Below are positions 20,524-31,711 of a DNA stretch of 64,000 nt, piece after piece. A model generated the notes under the pieces. The model searched no databases, had not been told where the DNA came from, and saw only the letters and a list, made by a program, of their open reading frames with translations. This stretch comes from an uncultured Alphaproteobacteria bacterium (GTDB taxonomy: Bacteria > Pseudomonadota > Alphaproteobacteria > Rhodobacterales > Rhodobacteraceae): positions 3,851 through 67,850 of the forward strand of contig CABZEG010000005.1 of the NCBI GenBank assembly GCA_902524655.1, in the 5' to 3' direction. Every line of letters starts with the position of its first letter. Position 1 is the first letter of the stretch. The position numbers and the translations under genes were made by a program.

Positions 20524-23232
20524 TTGACAGATAACGATAGTAACGACAAGCACTCAGAGGGTGATAAAACATTAATCGATAATAGCGTTTCGCAAGTTTC
20601 ACTAGAATCAGAGATGAAATCCGCTTACCTAGACTACGCAATGAGTGTAATTGTGAGCAGAGCTATTCCAGATCTTAGAGATGGCTTAAAACCCGTTCAT
20701 AGACGAATTCTATACTCGATGCACGAGACAAATAATACAGTCGATAGACCATATAGAAAATCTGCTCGACCTGTAGGCGATGTAATGGGTAAATATCATC
20801 CTCATGGAGATCAGGCTATCTATGATGCTTTAGTAAGAATGGCTCAAGATTTTTCAATGTCTTTGGTGTTACTAGATGGGCAAGGAAACTTTGGATCAAT
20901 TGACGGAGATTCCGCTGCTGCGATGAGGTATACTGAAGTTAGAATGGCGAAACCCACAGCAGCTTTGCTTGACGATATTGAAAAGGGTACTGTTGATTTC
21001 CAAGACAATTATGATGGAAAAGATATCGAGCCTAAGGTTTTACCAGCAAGATTTCCAAATTTATTAGTTAATGGCGCCGGGGGTATCGCCGTCGGAATGG
21101 CAACAAACATTCCTCCCCACAATATTGGAGAAGTGATTGATGCTTCATTAGCCATAATAGACGATCCCCAAATAGAAATTGAGGATTTGATGAAATTATT
21201 ACCTGCCCCAGACTTTCCTACTGGTGGAATCATTCTTGGTCAATCTGGTTCCAGACAAGCATATTTATCTGGTAAGGGTTCAATAGTTATCAGAGCAAAA
21301 CATACCTTAGAGGAACACAAGAAAGATAGGTTATCAATAGTGATAACTGAAATTCCATATCAGGTAAATAAATCCTCGCTGGTCGAGAAAATAGCGGAGC
21401 TTGCTAGGGAAAAAAAGATTGAGGGAATATCACATGTTCAGGATGAGTCTGATAGATTTGGTGTTAGGGTTGTTATTGACTTAAAAAGGGATGCCACAGT
21501 GGATGTGGTTTTAAACCAACTTTATCGCTTTTCACAGATGCAAACGAGTTTTGGTTTCAATCTTTTAGCCTTAGATAAAGGGAAACCAAGCCTCCTCAAT
21601 TTAAAGAGTTTTTTGAATAAGTTCATTGAATTTCGAGAAGAAGTGGTTGCGAAACGAACCATTTTTGAACTTGAGAAAGCCAGAGAAAGAAGCCACCTTC
21701 TTTGTGGTTTAGCCGTTGCAGTTTCGAATGTTGATGAAGTTATTTCTATAATTAGAAATTCCGAAAATCCATCTAAAGCTAAAGAAACTCTCATGAATAC
21801 TAAGTGGAAAGTAAAGGAGTTAAGCCAATATTTAGAGCTTATTGATGATCCTCTTCACAAAATTAACGAAGATGGAACTTATTTGTTGTCTGAACAACAG
21901 GCAAAAGCAATACTCGAGTTGCGTCTTCAAAGATTGACGGCACTAGGAGCAACTGAAATAGGCAGTGAACTAGAAGAGTTAGCAGATAAGATAAGAATTT
22001 GCCTCGATATTTTAAAATCAAGAGAACGAATAAGAAAAATAATTTCTGAAGAACTTAAGGAAGTCAAAGAAAGCTACTCTATCCCAAGAAGGTCGGAAAT
22101 TCAGGAATTTGAGGGAGACTTTGAAGATGAAGACCTTATTGAGAAAGAAGAGATGGTCGTTACAGTTACTAGAGAAGGATATATAAAAAGAACAGCATTA
22201 TCTCAGTACAGAGAGCAAAAACGTGGTGGCAAGGGTACTCAAGGCATGAATACAAAGGAAACTGATGTGGTAACTAATCTATTCGTTACGAATACACATA
22301 CACCTTTATTATTTTTTTCATCAGATGGTTTTGTTTACAAGCTTAAGACTTGGCGCCTACCACAAAGTGGCAGAAGCTCGAAAGGTAAAGCTATTGTAAA
22401 CCTGCTACCAATAAATTTGTCTTCGAGAATTACAACTATTTTACCAGTTGAAGCAGAGGAGGAAACTTGGAAAGACCTTCAAATATTTTTTGCAACCTCT
22501 ACAGGTAACGTTCGAAAAAATGCATTGTCAGACTTCACAAATGTAAAAGCAAATGGAAAAATTGCTATGAAATTGCCTGAAAACACAACACTAGTTGGTG
22601 CACAGATTTGCAAAAAGGATAATGATGTACTGCTTACTACTGCAAAAGGAAAAGCCATTCGTTTTAATACTGAGGATGTGAGAATTTTCAAGGGTCGTGA
22701 TTCCATCGGCGTCAAAGGCATAACTTTAAAGAAAAATGACACAGTCATATCTATGGCTGTATTAAAACATGTAGAGGTCAGTACAGAGGAACGATTAGCA
22801 TATTTCAAAATGAGAAGAGCAATTACGGGTGAAGATAACGGAATTGAAAATGGAGAAGACTCCACATTAGTTTTAAGTCAAGAGAGATATGTTGAGTTGG
22901 GTGCCTTGGAGGAATGGATACTAACAATAACGTCTCAAGGCTTTGGCAAAAGATCTTCAGCCCACGAATATAGAAGGTCTGGGCGTGGCGGTCAAGGCAT
23001 CACATCTGCCAATCTTGAAAGAAGACAAGATAGCATTATAGCCTCTTTTACTGTGGAAGATGATGATCAAATAATGCTAGTTACATCTACGGGCCAAAGC
23101 ATACGCTGCTCTGTATCTGAAATATCAAGGCAGTCGAGAAGTGCGTCTGGTGTAAAAGTATTTGATACCAAGGGAGATGAAAATGTCGTATCTGTCGCTT
23201 GGATAGCGGATACAACCGAAGACGCAGATTAA
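20524..23232 (+). CDS. gyrA: DNA gyrase subunit A
   Basis: YAMSVIVSRAIPDLRDGLKPVHRRILY, the QRDR-like HPHGDQAIYDALVRMAQ, and C-terminal beta-pinwheel repeats. Confidence 0.97.
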   Translation: MTDNDSNDKHSEGDKTLIDNSVSQVSLESEMKSAYLDYAMSVIVSRAIPDLRDGLKPVHRRILYSMHETNNTVDRPYRKSARPVGDVMGKYHPHGDQAIYDALVRMAQDFSMSLVLLDGQGNFGSIDGDSAAAMRYTEVRMAKPTAALLDDIEKGTVDFQDNYDGKDIEPKVLPARFPNLLVNGAGGIAVGMATNIPPHNIGEVIDASLAIIDDPQIEIEDLMKLLPAPDFPTGGIILGQSGSRQAYLSGKGSIVIRAKHTLEEHKKDRLSIVITEIPYQVNKSSLVEKIAELAREKKIEGISHVQDESDRFGVRVVIDLKRDATVDVVLNQLYRFSQMQTSFGFNLLALDKGKPSLLNLKSFLNKFIEFREEVVAKRTIFELEKARERSHLLCGLAVAVSNVDEVISIIRNSENPSKAKETLMNTKWKVKELSQYLELIDDPLHKINEDGTYLLSEQQAKAILELRLQRLTALGATEIGSELEELADKIRICLDILKSRERIRKIISEELKEVKESYSIPRRSEIQEFEGDFEDEDLIEKEEMVVTVTREGYIKRTALSQYREQKRGGKGTQGMNTKETDVVTNLFVTNTHTPLLFFSSDGFVYKLKTWRLPQSGRSSKGKAIVNLLPINLSSRITTILPVEAEEETWKDLQIFFATSTGNVRKNALSDFTNVKANGKIAMKLPENTTLVGAQICKKDNDVLLTTAKGKAIRFNTEDVRIFKGRDSIGVKGITLKKNDTVISMAVLKHVEVSTEERLAYFKMRRAITGEDNGIENGEDSTLVLSQERYVELGALEEWILTITSQGFGKRSSAHEYRRSGRGGQGITSANLERRQDSIIASFTVEDDDQIMLVTSTGQSIRCSVSEISRQSRSASGVKVFDTKGDENVVSVAWIADTTEDAD

Positions 23233-24585
23233 ATGTCAGAGAAAAAAGTTGCTATAGTTGGAGGTGGCCTGGCTGGAAGTGAAGCCGCGTGGCAGCTGGG
23301 TAGAATGGGTATATCATCAAATTTATACGAAATGAGACCCAATAAAAAAACTCCCGCCCACAAGACTTCTTTGTTAGCAGAGCTAGTTTGCTCAAATTCG
23401 TTTAGATCAGATGACCACACCAATAATGCTGTAGGGCAATTACATTGGGAGATGAGAGCTGCAGATGGGCTTATTATCTCAACTGGTGACAAGGCACGTA
23501 TACCAGCAGGAAGTGCAATGGCAGTTGATCGAATGAAATTTTCGTCAGAAATAACTGAGTTAATAAAAAATAATTCTTTTATAAACATAATACAAAAAGA
23601 GATTACAGACTTAAAACAATTAGCAGAAGACCACGTAATAATAGCTTCTGGTCCTCTTACGTCAAATAAGCTAGCACAATCTCTCATAAAACTAACTGGA
23701 TCAAAAAATTTATACTTTTATGATGCTATAGCACCTACCGTCTACGCGGACTCTATTGATTATGAGAGTACATGGTTTCAATCTAGGTATGATAAAGGAG
23801 ATAACATTGAAGAGAGGGAAGCTTACCTTAACTGTCCTATGACAAAGGATGAATATTATGAGTTTGTTTCTAAAATTTCTGAAAGTGATAAAGCCGACTT
23901 TAATGATTGGGAAGCAGATGTACCATTTTTTTCTGGATGTTTACCAATCGAGGTAATGGCATCAAGAGGAAAGGACACGCTTAGATTTGGACCAATGAAA
24001 CCAGTAGGACTTACAAATCCATACAGTAACGTAAAACCATATGCTGTGGTTCAGCTTAGAAAAGAAAATAAGGAAGGCACTTTATTCAACATTGTAGGAT
24101 TCCAAACAAAAATCAAGCATTCTAGGCAAGCAGAAATTTTGCGGTCAATTAATGGTTTACAGGAAGCTAGGTTCGCCAGGTTGGGTGGAATACATAAAAA
24201 TACTTTTTTGAATTCACCAGATATTTTAGATAAATACTTTCAATTAAAATCATACCCTAACATTAGTCTCGCAGGACAAATTACTGGGGTCGAAGGGTAT
24301 GTAGAGAGTGCCGCTATTGGCTTGCTAGTGGGACGAATGGTTGGAGCAAAAATTCTGGGTAAAGAGGTAAAATTACCTTCTGCTGATACTGCTTTGGGAG
24401 CCCTTGCCCATCATCTAATTGCAGATAATAAGGACTTTCAACCAATGAATGTAAACTTTGGTCTTTTCCAATCTACTGTGAAAGATTTTAAAGGAAAGAA
24501 AAACAGGCGAGAAAGATATGCAGCCTATACATCAATTGCAAAATCGAGTTTTCACAATTGGTTAGACTCCCAAAGTACTTTCTAA
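23233..24585 (+). CDS. trmFO: Methylenetetrahydrofolate--tRNA-(uracil54-C5)-methyltransferase TrmFO
   Basis: VAIVGGGLAGSEAAWQL FAD motif, CSNSFRSD and QITGVEGYVESAA blocks. The ATG directly follows the gyrA stop. Confidence 0.95.
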   Translation: MSEKKVAIVGGGLAGSEAAWQLGRMGISSNLYEMRPNKKTPAHKTSLLAELVCSNSFRSDDHTNNAVGQLHWEMRAADGLIISTGDKARIPAGSAMAVDRMKFSSEITELIKNNSFINIIQKEITDLKQLAEDHVIIASGPLTSNKLAQSLIKLTGSKNLYFYDAIAPTVYADSIDYESTWFQSRYDKGDNIEEREAYLNCPMTKDEYYEFVSKISESDKADFNDWEADVPFFSGCLPIEVMASRGKDTLRFGPMKPVGLTNPYSNVKPYAVVQLRKENKEGTLFNIVGFQTKIKHSRQAEILRSINGLQEARFARLGGIHKNTFLNSPDILDKYFQLKSYPNISLAGQITGVEGYVESAAIGLLVGRMVGAKILGKEVKLPSADTALGALAHHLIADNKDFQPMNVNFGLFQSTVKDFKGKKNRRERYAAYTSIAKSSFHNWLDSQSTF

Positions 24586-24920
24586 AGAAGTTCTGTAAAG
24601 AAACATGATTTAGACCCCGTATGACAGGCTGCACCAGTTTGCTTGACTTCAAATAGAACTGTATCTCCATCACAATCAATGTGTATTTTTTTTATTTCTT
24701 GAATGTTACCAGATGTTTTTCCCTTCACCCAAACCTCACCTCTTGACCTAGACCAATAGGTAGCAAGCCCACTTGAAACACTCTGAAATAATGTATCTCT
24801 AGATCCCCATGCGAGCATAAGAACCTGCTTACTTTCGTGATCTTGTGCTACACAGGGAATCAACCCATTATCATTAAACTTTAAAGCATCTATTTTTTGT
24901 TTAAATTTTATTTCATTCAC
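24582..24920 (-). CDS. hisI: Phosphoribosyl-AMP cyclohydrolase (monofunctional)
   Basis: GLIPCVAQD...MLAWGSRD...YWSRSRGEVWVKGKTSGN...DCDGDTVLF...GAACHTGSKSCF. Confidence 0.9.
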   Translation of the reverse strand: MNEIKFKQKIDALKFNDNGLIPCVAQDHESKQVLMLAWGSRDTLFQSVSSGLATYWSRSRGEVWVKGKTSGNIQEIKKIHIDCDGDTVLFEVKQTGAACHTGSKSCFFTELL

Positions 24921-24962
24921 TCTATAGTCCTTTTATCGGTAATAGGGGAATCTTTAACACAC

Positions 24963-25400
24963 ATGGATCTATACACAAATAATATTTTAGAACTTGCCTC
25001 CACTGTTCCCATCACAACTAGGTTAATTAACCCAGACATCACTATTACAAAGAGAACTGCAATATGTGGTTCTAGCATTACTTTGGACTTAAACATTTCT
25101 GATTCAAAGATATCAGAGGTTGGTCTCGACATAAAGGCATGTGCACTTGGTCAGGCATCAGCTTGCGTTTTTGTAACTCATGCCATAGGAGCGGATATTG
25201 GCATAATAACGGAACTAAGAAAAAACTTAAAAACATTCCTAGATACAGGAACCTTTTTAATAGAAGATCCGTTTACTAGATACAAGTACTTCGAACCTGC
25301 TCAAAAAGTTCCATACAGGCATGACTCAGTTCTTCTTATTCTTGACGCTTCAATTGATGCGTTGAAAAAAGTTTCTAGCCTAAAAACAAAAAGTAACTAG
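24963..25400 (+). CDS. NifU/IscU-N-terminal-domain-like Fe-S scaffold-type protein
   Basis: YTNNILELA...AICGSSITLDL...GLDIKACALGQASACV resembles IscU/SufU-type scaffolds. I prefer the MDLYTNN start, because the track start at 24897 would overlap hisI. Confidence 0.65.
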   Translation: MDLYTNNILELASTVPITTRLINPDITITKRTAICGSSITLDLNISDSKISEVGLDIKACALGQASACVFVTHAIGADIGIITELRKNLKTFLDTGTFLIEDPFTRYKYFEPAQKVPYRHDSVLLILDASIDALKKVSSLKTKSN

Positions 25401-25565
25401 TCCATATAAAAAAAGGGACATTCCAATAATAATTAAATTAACAATGTCTGCCACTAGACTTTTTTCTAATGTTAAAAAAGGTATCTTATTTTTCATTACT
25501 ATCTCCTGACCTTCATTATAGAACATAAGAAGAACATGTAAAGAACAAAATGTAAACAAATTCAA
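25380..25565 (-). CDS. Possible small membrane protein (hypothetical)
   Basis: 61-aa ORF with hydrophobic N- and C-terminal segments. It fills the gap just downstream of recG. There is no homology signal. Confidence 0.2.
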   Translation of the reverse strand: MNLFTFCSLHVLLMFYNEGQEIVMKNKIPFLTLEKSLVADIVNLIIIGMSLFLYGLVTFCF

Positions 25566-25566
25566 T

Positions 25567-27591
25567 TTAATATCGTTTTGGTACCGCAGTTTTAGTATCT
25601 TGGGCTAGTTTGTACGCCTCCAAAAATAGCTCTGGTTCTTCCGTTACTTCAGACAACTTAAATATTTTATGGCCCGATTGCATCGTTCCTAGCAAATCTC
25701 CCGAGCCTCTGAGAGCCATATCTTTTTCGGCAATCTCAAACCCATCCTGCGTCTCTTTCATTATTTTAAGCCTCTGAATAGCTTGATCTGAAAGATTTCC
25801 ATCATACACGAGAAAGCAATATGATTTTTTATCCCCCCTACCAACTCTCCCTCTAAGTTGATGCAACTGTGAAAGACCAAATCTATTTGCATTTTCAATT
25901 ACAATTGCTGTGGCATTTGGGTTATCTATTCCGACTTCAATAACAGTGGTTGACACTAAAATATCAATTTTTCTTTCGTTAAATTTTTTGAGTTCACTTT
26001 CCGTATCCTCACTAGGCATTTGTCCATGAATTAAACCAACCTTAAACTGACTAAATTCATTTCTTAAATACAAGAACCTATCATTTGAATTAGAGAGATG
26101 GTTATTTTCGTTTTCTTCTATTAACGGACACACCCAATAAACTTGCTGACCTTCAGACATCTGCTTGGCCAATTTATCCAATAGCTTTCTAATTTTTTTT
26201 ACAGATATGGCAAGCGTTTCGATACTCAACCTGTTTTTTGGTTTCTCCTTGATTGTTGTCAAATCACGATCACTAAATACTGTCAAAGCTAAAGATCTGG
26301 GTATAGGGGTTGCACTCATTATAATTGAGTTAACATTGCCTTTTTTTTCCAATCTAAATCTTTGCATTACTCCAAACTTATGTTGCTCATCAATTATAGC
26401 CAAGCGAAGGTTATGAAAATGTACATTTCTCTGGAAAAGAGCATGTGTGCCTATAACGATTTTTGCTTCTCCATAAGAAATCAAAAGCAACTTCTTTTCC
26501 CTTTCGCTTCGATTGTCTGATCCTGTTAAAATAGTAACATTTAATTTATTTATCTCTTGTGCTCTCAATACGTCTTTTAGTGATTTCGCATGTTGCATTG
26601 CAAGTACCTCTGTAGGAGCCATAATTGCAACTTGATGCCCTCCTGAAACAACAAACATTGCGGCAAGAAGGACAACAATAGTTTTGCCACTTCCAACGTC
26701 GCCTTGCAGCAAACGATTCATTTTGGGCTCCGATTCAATATCATCTAAAATTTCGTAAAGCGCATTTAGCTGGCCTTTAGTAAGCTGGAAAGAGAGATTA
26801 TTTATTAAGTTTTTAATAAGAGCTTTATCCCCCTCTACTTTGAAACCTTCTTTTTTCTTAGCAGTACCTCTGAATTTAACCAATTTTATATGATGAGCAT
26901 AAAATTCATCAAAAATAAGCCTCTTTCTAGCTTTTATGATACAGGATAGGTCTTTATTATCCTTAGGCATGTGGATTAGACTTAACGCCTCAGAAAAACT
27001 GGGCCAGTTTTTTACTTGAATAAACTTTTTAGGGTGCCACTCCTCTATTGAGTTAAAATCATTTATTACATTACCGACTGTTTTCTGTAAAAATTTATTT
27101 CCTAAACCATACACAGAAGGATATATGGGCTCAATTTCAGGGATTTTATAGATTTCATCTGGTTTAACGGAATAATCGGGGTGTATCATAGTCAAGTTAC
27201 TTCCATCGAGTGTTAAATCCCCAGAAATCACTATATTTTCACCAGGTGGGTAATAATTATTCAACTGAGCCTTGTTAAAAGAAAATAATAAAATTATTAG
27301 AGGGCTACCGTATGTTTCTGCTGATATTCTAAGGGGTGATCGCCTGTTTTTTGGGTAAATATGCTTTTTAATTAAAACTTCTATTGTAACAGTTCGAGGA
27401 AGCAACCTTTTATCCACTTTAAACCAACGGTCCCTTCTTTTATATTTTCTAGGTAAAAGAAATAGAAGGTCTAATACGGACTCTATAGACGCTTGTGAAA
27501 GTGTTTTGGAAGACTTAGGGCCAATACCTTTAAGAGTAGAAACACTGTCCAATAAATACTCTTGACCCACACTTTTTAGAAGATTCTTCAT
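25567..27591 (-). CDS. recG: ATP-dependent DNA helicase RecG
   Basis: Wedge domain plus helicase motifs GDVGSGKT, DEQHKFG, QLHQLRGRVGRG. Confidence 0.95.
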   Translation of the reverse strand: MKNLLKSVGQEYLLDSVSTLKGIGPKSSKTLSQASIESVLDLLFLLPRKYKRRDRWFKVDKRLLPRTVTIEVLIKKHIYPKNRRSPLRISAETYGSPLIILLFSFNKAQLNNYYPPGENIVISGDLTLDGSNLTMIHPDYSVKPDEIYKIPEIEPIYPSVYGLGNKFLQKTVGNVINDFNSIEEWHPKKFIQVKNWPSFSEALSLIHMPKDNKDLSCIIKARKRLIFDEFYAHHIKLVKFRGTAKKKEGFKVEGDKALIKNLINNLSFQLTKGQLNALYEILDDIESEPKMNRLLQGDVGSGKTIVVLLAAMFVVSGGHQVAIMAPTEVLAMQHAKSLKDVLRAQEINKLNVTILTGSDNRSEREKKLLLISYGEAKIVIGTHALFQRNVHFHNLRLAIIDEQHKFGVMQRFRLEKKGNVNSIIMSATPIPRSLALTVFSDRDLTTIKEKPKNRLSIETLAISVKKIRKLLDKLAKQMSEGQQVYWVCPLIEENENNHLSNSNDRFLYLRNEFSQFKVGLIHGQMPSEDTESELKKFNERKIDILVSTTVIEVGIDNPNATAIVIENANRFGLSQLHQLRGRVGRGDKKSYCFLVYDGNLSDQAIQRLKIMKETQDGFEIAEKDMALRGSGDLLGTMQSGHKIFKLSEVTEEPELFLEAYKLAQDTKTAVPKRY

Positions 27592-29684
27592 AGATTATAA
27601 TCAATTAAAACTTTAAACTCTTCCTCATTAACTTGCTTTATGCCTAATTCACCTGCTTTTTTGATTTTTGAACCTGGAGCTTGACCGACTACCAAGAAAT
27701 CTACATTGTTCGATACGGATGTTAAAACCTTTGCCCCAGCCCTCTCGCAAATGGACTTCAACTCCGCTCTCGAAAATGCATTAAATGTACCTGTAAGAAC
27801 CAACTTTTTATCAGTAATAGCTGTTTCAAATTTACGTAATTTAATGAATTTTTCTATTTTTACATAATTTAACAAATCCTCTAGTTTTTCTCTCTCTTTA
27901 AAATCTGAAAAGAACCCAATGAGAGAAGTAACCATTAGCTGCCCAATTCCCTCAATTTCAAAAAGAAATTGCTCATCATTTTTTGCAATTCCAGCTTTAA
28001 TAGCGTTATAAAAATCGTCCCATGATCCAAAATAACCGGCTAAAATTTGCGATGCATTTTCTCCAATATGACGAATACCCAGAGAAAAAAGAAACCGGTC
28101 GAGATTAATAAGTTTCGCTTTCTCAATGGAATGAAATAGATTTTGCAGCGATTTTTCACCCCAACCTTTTCCAAGAAATTCAATCAAATTTAATTTATTT
28201 TTTGACTTTGCTTCTAATCGAAAAAAATCTGCGGGCTGTTGGATAAGGTTTTTTTGATAAAACTCCTCGATTATTCTTCCCCCTAGACCATCAATATTAA
28301 AAGCTTTTTTAGAAACAAAATGCTTCAGACCTGCAATCACCTGCGCATCACAGTTCTGAAAATTATAACACCTTATTGCGGAGTCCGTTTTGTCAACTTT
28401 TACTTCAGCTCCACAGGAGGGGCAGAAGTCGGGGAAAACAAATGATTTAGATGTTAAGTTCCTTTTAGAAATATCTACATCTTTAATTTTCGGAATTACA
28501 TCTCCTGCCCTATAAACTGTAACCCAATCACCTTTTCTAATATCAGCACCATCCCTAATTTTATTGCCTTTATTATCTAAACCCATAATGAAATCTCTAT
28601 TGTGTAACGTTGCACTGGAGACTATCACCCCACCTATATTTACAGGCTTCAACTTTGCTACTGGTGACAATGTTCCTGTTCTACCTATTTGAATTTCAAT
28701 ATCTTCAATAATTGTTATGGACAGCTCAGCTGGAAACTTGTGTGCGATAGCCCATCGAGGTGATGAAGATCTAAAACCAAGCCTCTGTTGTAAACTAAAA
28801 TTGTTAACCTTATATACTATGCCGTCAATGTCGTAATCGAGTTTTGTTCTCATAGAGAAAACTTTTTCGTAATACTGCAAGAGTTCTTCTACACTTGTAA
28901 AAACTTTAGAAATATCATTTGTTTTAAACCCTATATCGTTAAAAACTTTCAGTAACATCGCCTGACTATCGGCCAATTGGTGTGTAGCATTTCCAACAGA
29001 GTATGCAAAAAAGCATAAGTTTTTGTTTCTATTCTTTTTTGACTTAAACTGCCTAAGTGTACCAGATGCTGCATTCCTTGGGTTTGAAAACGTCTTGCTG
29101 CCCGTCTTTTCAAGTTCTTCATTTAATTCACTGAAGGTTGAATTGGGGAAATAAACTTCGCCCCTTATTTCAAGCGTATCGATTTTTATCGGTATCGATA
29201 TTGGCACATCTGGTATCAGTCGAGCATTTTCTGTAACATCCTCTCCAATGTGACCATCACCTCTGGTCAAAGCTTGAAATAAAATACCATTTTTATAGAT
29301 CAATGATAAGGATAGACCGTCAATCTTTGGTTCAAATACTAAGTCAATATTCTCGCTTTCGGATAAATCTAGAAATGATCTTATTTGTTTTAGGAAATTA
29401 AAGATATCCTCATCATTAAACGCGTTGGAAAGAGAGTACATTGGTGTAAGATGCTTAACTTTTTTAAACCTTGAGTTTGGCGTCACTCCAACTTTATCTA
29501 AAATGCTATATTGATCTTCTAATTCTGGGTATATCGACAGCAGTTTCTGAAATTCAGAAATATTCTGATCATACTCCTGGTCTGTAATGTCCGATTGATT
29601 GAGGTTAAAATACGCCTCTCTTGATTTGGTTATTATCTCTGATAGCTCTTGGAGCCTCGATATTGCTTTAGATTTTGTTAACAA
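27588..29684 (-). CDS. ligA: NAD-dependent DNA ligase
   Basis: Adenylation motif EPKIDGLS, zinc finger CPSCGAEV...C..C, HhH and BRCT regions. It overlaps recG by 4 nt. Confidence 0.97.
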   Translation of the reverse strand: MLTKSKAISRLQELSEIITKSREAYFNLNQSDITDQEYDQNISEFQKLLSIYPELEDQYSILDKVGVTPNSRFKKVKHLTPMYSLSNAFNDEDIFNFLKQIRSFLDLSESENIDLVFEPKIDGLSLSLIYKNGILFQALTRGDGHIGEDVTENARLIPDVPISIPIKIDTLEIRGEVYFPNSTFSELNEELEKTGSKTFSNPRNAASGTLRQFKSKKNRNKNLCFFAYSVGNATHQLADSQAMLLKVFNDIGFKTNDISKVFTSVEELLQYYEKVFSMRTKLDYDIDGIVYKVNNFSLQQRLGFRSSSPRWAIAHKFPAELSITIIEDIEIQIGRTGTLSPVAKLKPVNIGGVIVSSATLHNRDFIMGLDNKGNKIRDGADIRKGDWVTVYRAGDVIPKIKDVDISKRNLTSKSFVFPDFCPSCGAEVKVDKTDSAIRCYNFQNCDAQVIAGLKHFVSKKAFNIDGLGGRIIEEFYQKNLIQQPADFFRLEAKSKNKLNLIEFLGKGWGEKSLQNLFHSIEKAKLINLDRFLFSLGIRHIGENASQILAGYFGSWDDFYNAIKAGIAKNDEQFLFEIEGIGQLMVTSLIGFFSDFKEREKLEDLLNYVKIEKFIKLRKFETAITDKKLVLTGTFNAFSRAELKSICERAGAKVLTSVSNNVDFLVVGQAPGSKIKKAGELGIKQVNEEEFKVLIDYNL

Positions 29685-29811
29685 CTAAAAACCTATGAAT
29701 ATGTACTTTTGATTACTAATTTTTTTATACACTTCAAACGTAGTTTCAAGTAGTTTCTAATTTATCTATAATTTTATTTGATTGATCAACAATCTTATCT
29801 AGGTTAGAGAC

Positions 29812-30936
29812 ATGACCATGAACGAATTAGGCATAAATAAAAGACCAGAAGACACCAGAGTAGTAGTCGCAATGTCAGGCGGCGTGGATAGTTCGGTAGC
29901 GGCCGCTCTTTTAAAAGGAAAAGGCTTTAATGTAATAGGTCTGACGATGAAATTGTTTGATTACAAGAAATTAAATAAAAATAGCAAAACGTGTTGCGCA
30001 GGCACAGACATTATGGATGCAAAAAAAGCGGCGGCAGAAATTGGTATCCCGCATTACGTCGTCAATTTTGAGAAAGAATTCCGACAGAAGGTAATAGAAG
30101 ATTTTATAAGTAGCTATTCGGGTGGGACAACACCCATTCCCTGCATTCGATGCAACGAACGCATAAAATTTAAAGATTTAATTGCAAAGGCAAAAGAGTT
30201 AAATGCAGACTGCTTAGCGACAGGGCATTATGTTAAACGCGTTGAAGTAGAAAACACTGTCCAACTTCATATAGCCAGCAATCCAGAAAAAGATCAAAGC
30301 TATTTTTTGTTTACAGTTACTCCTGAGGAATTGAAGTTTTTAAGATTTCCACTAGGCTTTGTAAAATCTAAATCTGAGACACGAGATCTTGCTAGAAAAT
30401 ATAACTTAAAGGTTGCTGAGAAAAGTGAAAGTCAAGATATATGCTTTGTTCCAGACGGATCTTACTCCGAGGCAATTAAAAAGCTGAGGCCAAACGCCTC
30501 AATTCCAGGAGACATAATTAATTTGGATGGAGACGTCGTTGGTACCCACGAAGGAATAATTAAATATACTGTTGGACAAAGAAAAGGCATAGGAATTCAA
30601 GCATCAGAACCAATGTTTGTCTTGGACATATGCGCTAATACAAATACCATCACTATTGGCCCCAGAGAAGCTCTCCGACAAGCAAAGTTTTATATTGACA
30701 ATGTTAATTGGCTAGATGATACCTCTTTTGATGACCTTATTGGATCAACAAAAAATGTTCTTGTTAAAACTCGATATCAAAGAACACCAGCAATGGCAGA
30801 CGTTAGCCCTTTACCAAATAAAAGAGCATTGGTAACCCTTTTTAATGAGGAAGAGGGTATATCACCCGGCCAAGCTTGTGTTTTTTATTGTGGAGAAAAA
30901 ATACGAGTATTGGGAGGAGGATGGATAACAAAATGA
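29812..30936 (+). CDS. mnmA: tRNA 2-thiouridine(34) synthase MnmA
   Basis: PP-loop [13 protein letters not shown], catalytic Cys regions (CC.GTD; ESQDICF), ATGHY. Confidence 0.95.
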   Translation: MTMNELGINKRPEDTRVVVAMSGGVDSSVAAALLKGKGFNVIGLTMKLFDYKKLNKNSKTCCAGTDIMDAKKAAAEIGIPHYVVNFEKEFRQKVIEDFISSYSGGTTPIPCIRCNERIKFKDLIAKAKELNADCLATGHYVKRVEVENTVQLHIASNPEKDQSYFLFTVTPEELKFLRFPLGFVKSKSETRDLARKYNLKVAEKSESQDICFVPDGSYSEAIKKLRPNASIPGDIINLDGDVVGTHEGIIKYTVGQRKGIGIQASEPMFVLDICANTNTITIGPREALRQAKFYIDNVNWLDDTSFDDLIGSTKNVLVKTRYQRTPAMADVSPLPNKRALVTLFNEEEGISPGQACVFYCGEKIRVLGGGWITK

Positions 30937-30949
30937 ATTGGGTTTTGAC

Positions 30950-31711
30950 ATGACAATAATTATTTCACCTGCAAAAAAGCTTACACCAACTAATAATAGC
31001 CTCGGGATTGAGACAACAAGAAGTGAGTTTCCTGATAAACTTAATGAACTAATAGATTACGCCAAATCATTAAGTGAGAAAGATTTAATTGATAAAATGA
31101 AAATCAGTTCCTCTTTGGCTCAGCTTAACTTTGATCGGTTTCGAAAATTTCAAAATAGACCAAGCTCAAATGCAACAACACAAGCAATTTACACTTTTAA
31201 AGGAGATACTTATGTTGGCCTAAAAGCCGAAACCTTTACACAAGATGATTTGCTTTTTGCCCAGCAAAATTTATTAATTATTTCTGGACTATACGGAGTG
31301 TTAAAGCCTCTTGATGGAATTCAACCTTATCGATTTGAGATGGGAACAAAAATTGACTTCAATGGATACAAGTCACTTTATGAATTTTGGATGGACCCAC
31401 TCTTTGAATTCATAAAAAAGAGGCTAGAGAAAAACAATAATGGGATACTTAATCTTGCTTCAGAAGAGTATTCAAAGGTACTCAATTTCAATAAACTAGG
31501 TTGCAAGTTAGTTACCCCAACATTTAAGACAGAGAAAAACGGAGAATTGAAAACAGTTGGTATACTCTCAAAAAGGGCAAGAGGAATGATGGCAAATTAT
31601 GTAATTAAGAATAAAATTAAAGAGTATGCAGAAGTTAATGAATTTTCAGAAGACGGTTATGCTTACTACAAAAAACTCAGCACTTTATCAAGACCGGTTT
31701 TTATAAAATAG
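30950..31711 (+). CDS. yaaA: Peroxide stress protein YaaA (DUF328)
   Basis: The MTIIISPAKKL start and the GDTYVGL, ISGLYGVLKPLD.IQPYRFEM and RARGMMANY blocks are YaaA hallmarks. Confidence 0.85.
   Translation: MTIIISPAKKLTPTNNSLGIETTRSEFPDKLNELIDYAKSLSEKDLIDKMKISSSLAQLNFDRFRKFQNRPSSNATTQAIYTFKGDTYVGLKAETFTQDDLLFAQQNLLIISGLYGVLKPLDGIQPYRFEMGTKIDFNGYKSLYEFWMDPLFEFIKKRLEKNNNGILNLASEEYSKVLNFNKLGCKLVTPTFKTEKNGELKTVGILSKRARGMMANYVIKNKIKEYAEVNEFSEDGYAYYKKLSTLSRPVFIK

Noticed and set aside
23229-23687. 152-aa minus-strand ORF antisense to the 5' part of trmFO
   Set aside because: It is a shadow ORF opposite a gene with clear TrmFO motifs and has no independent support.
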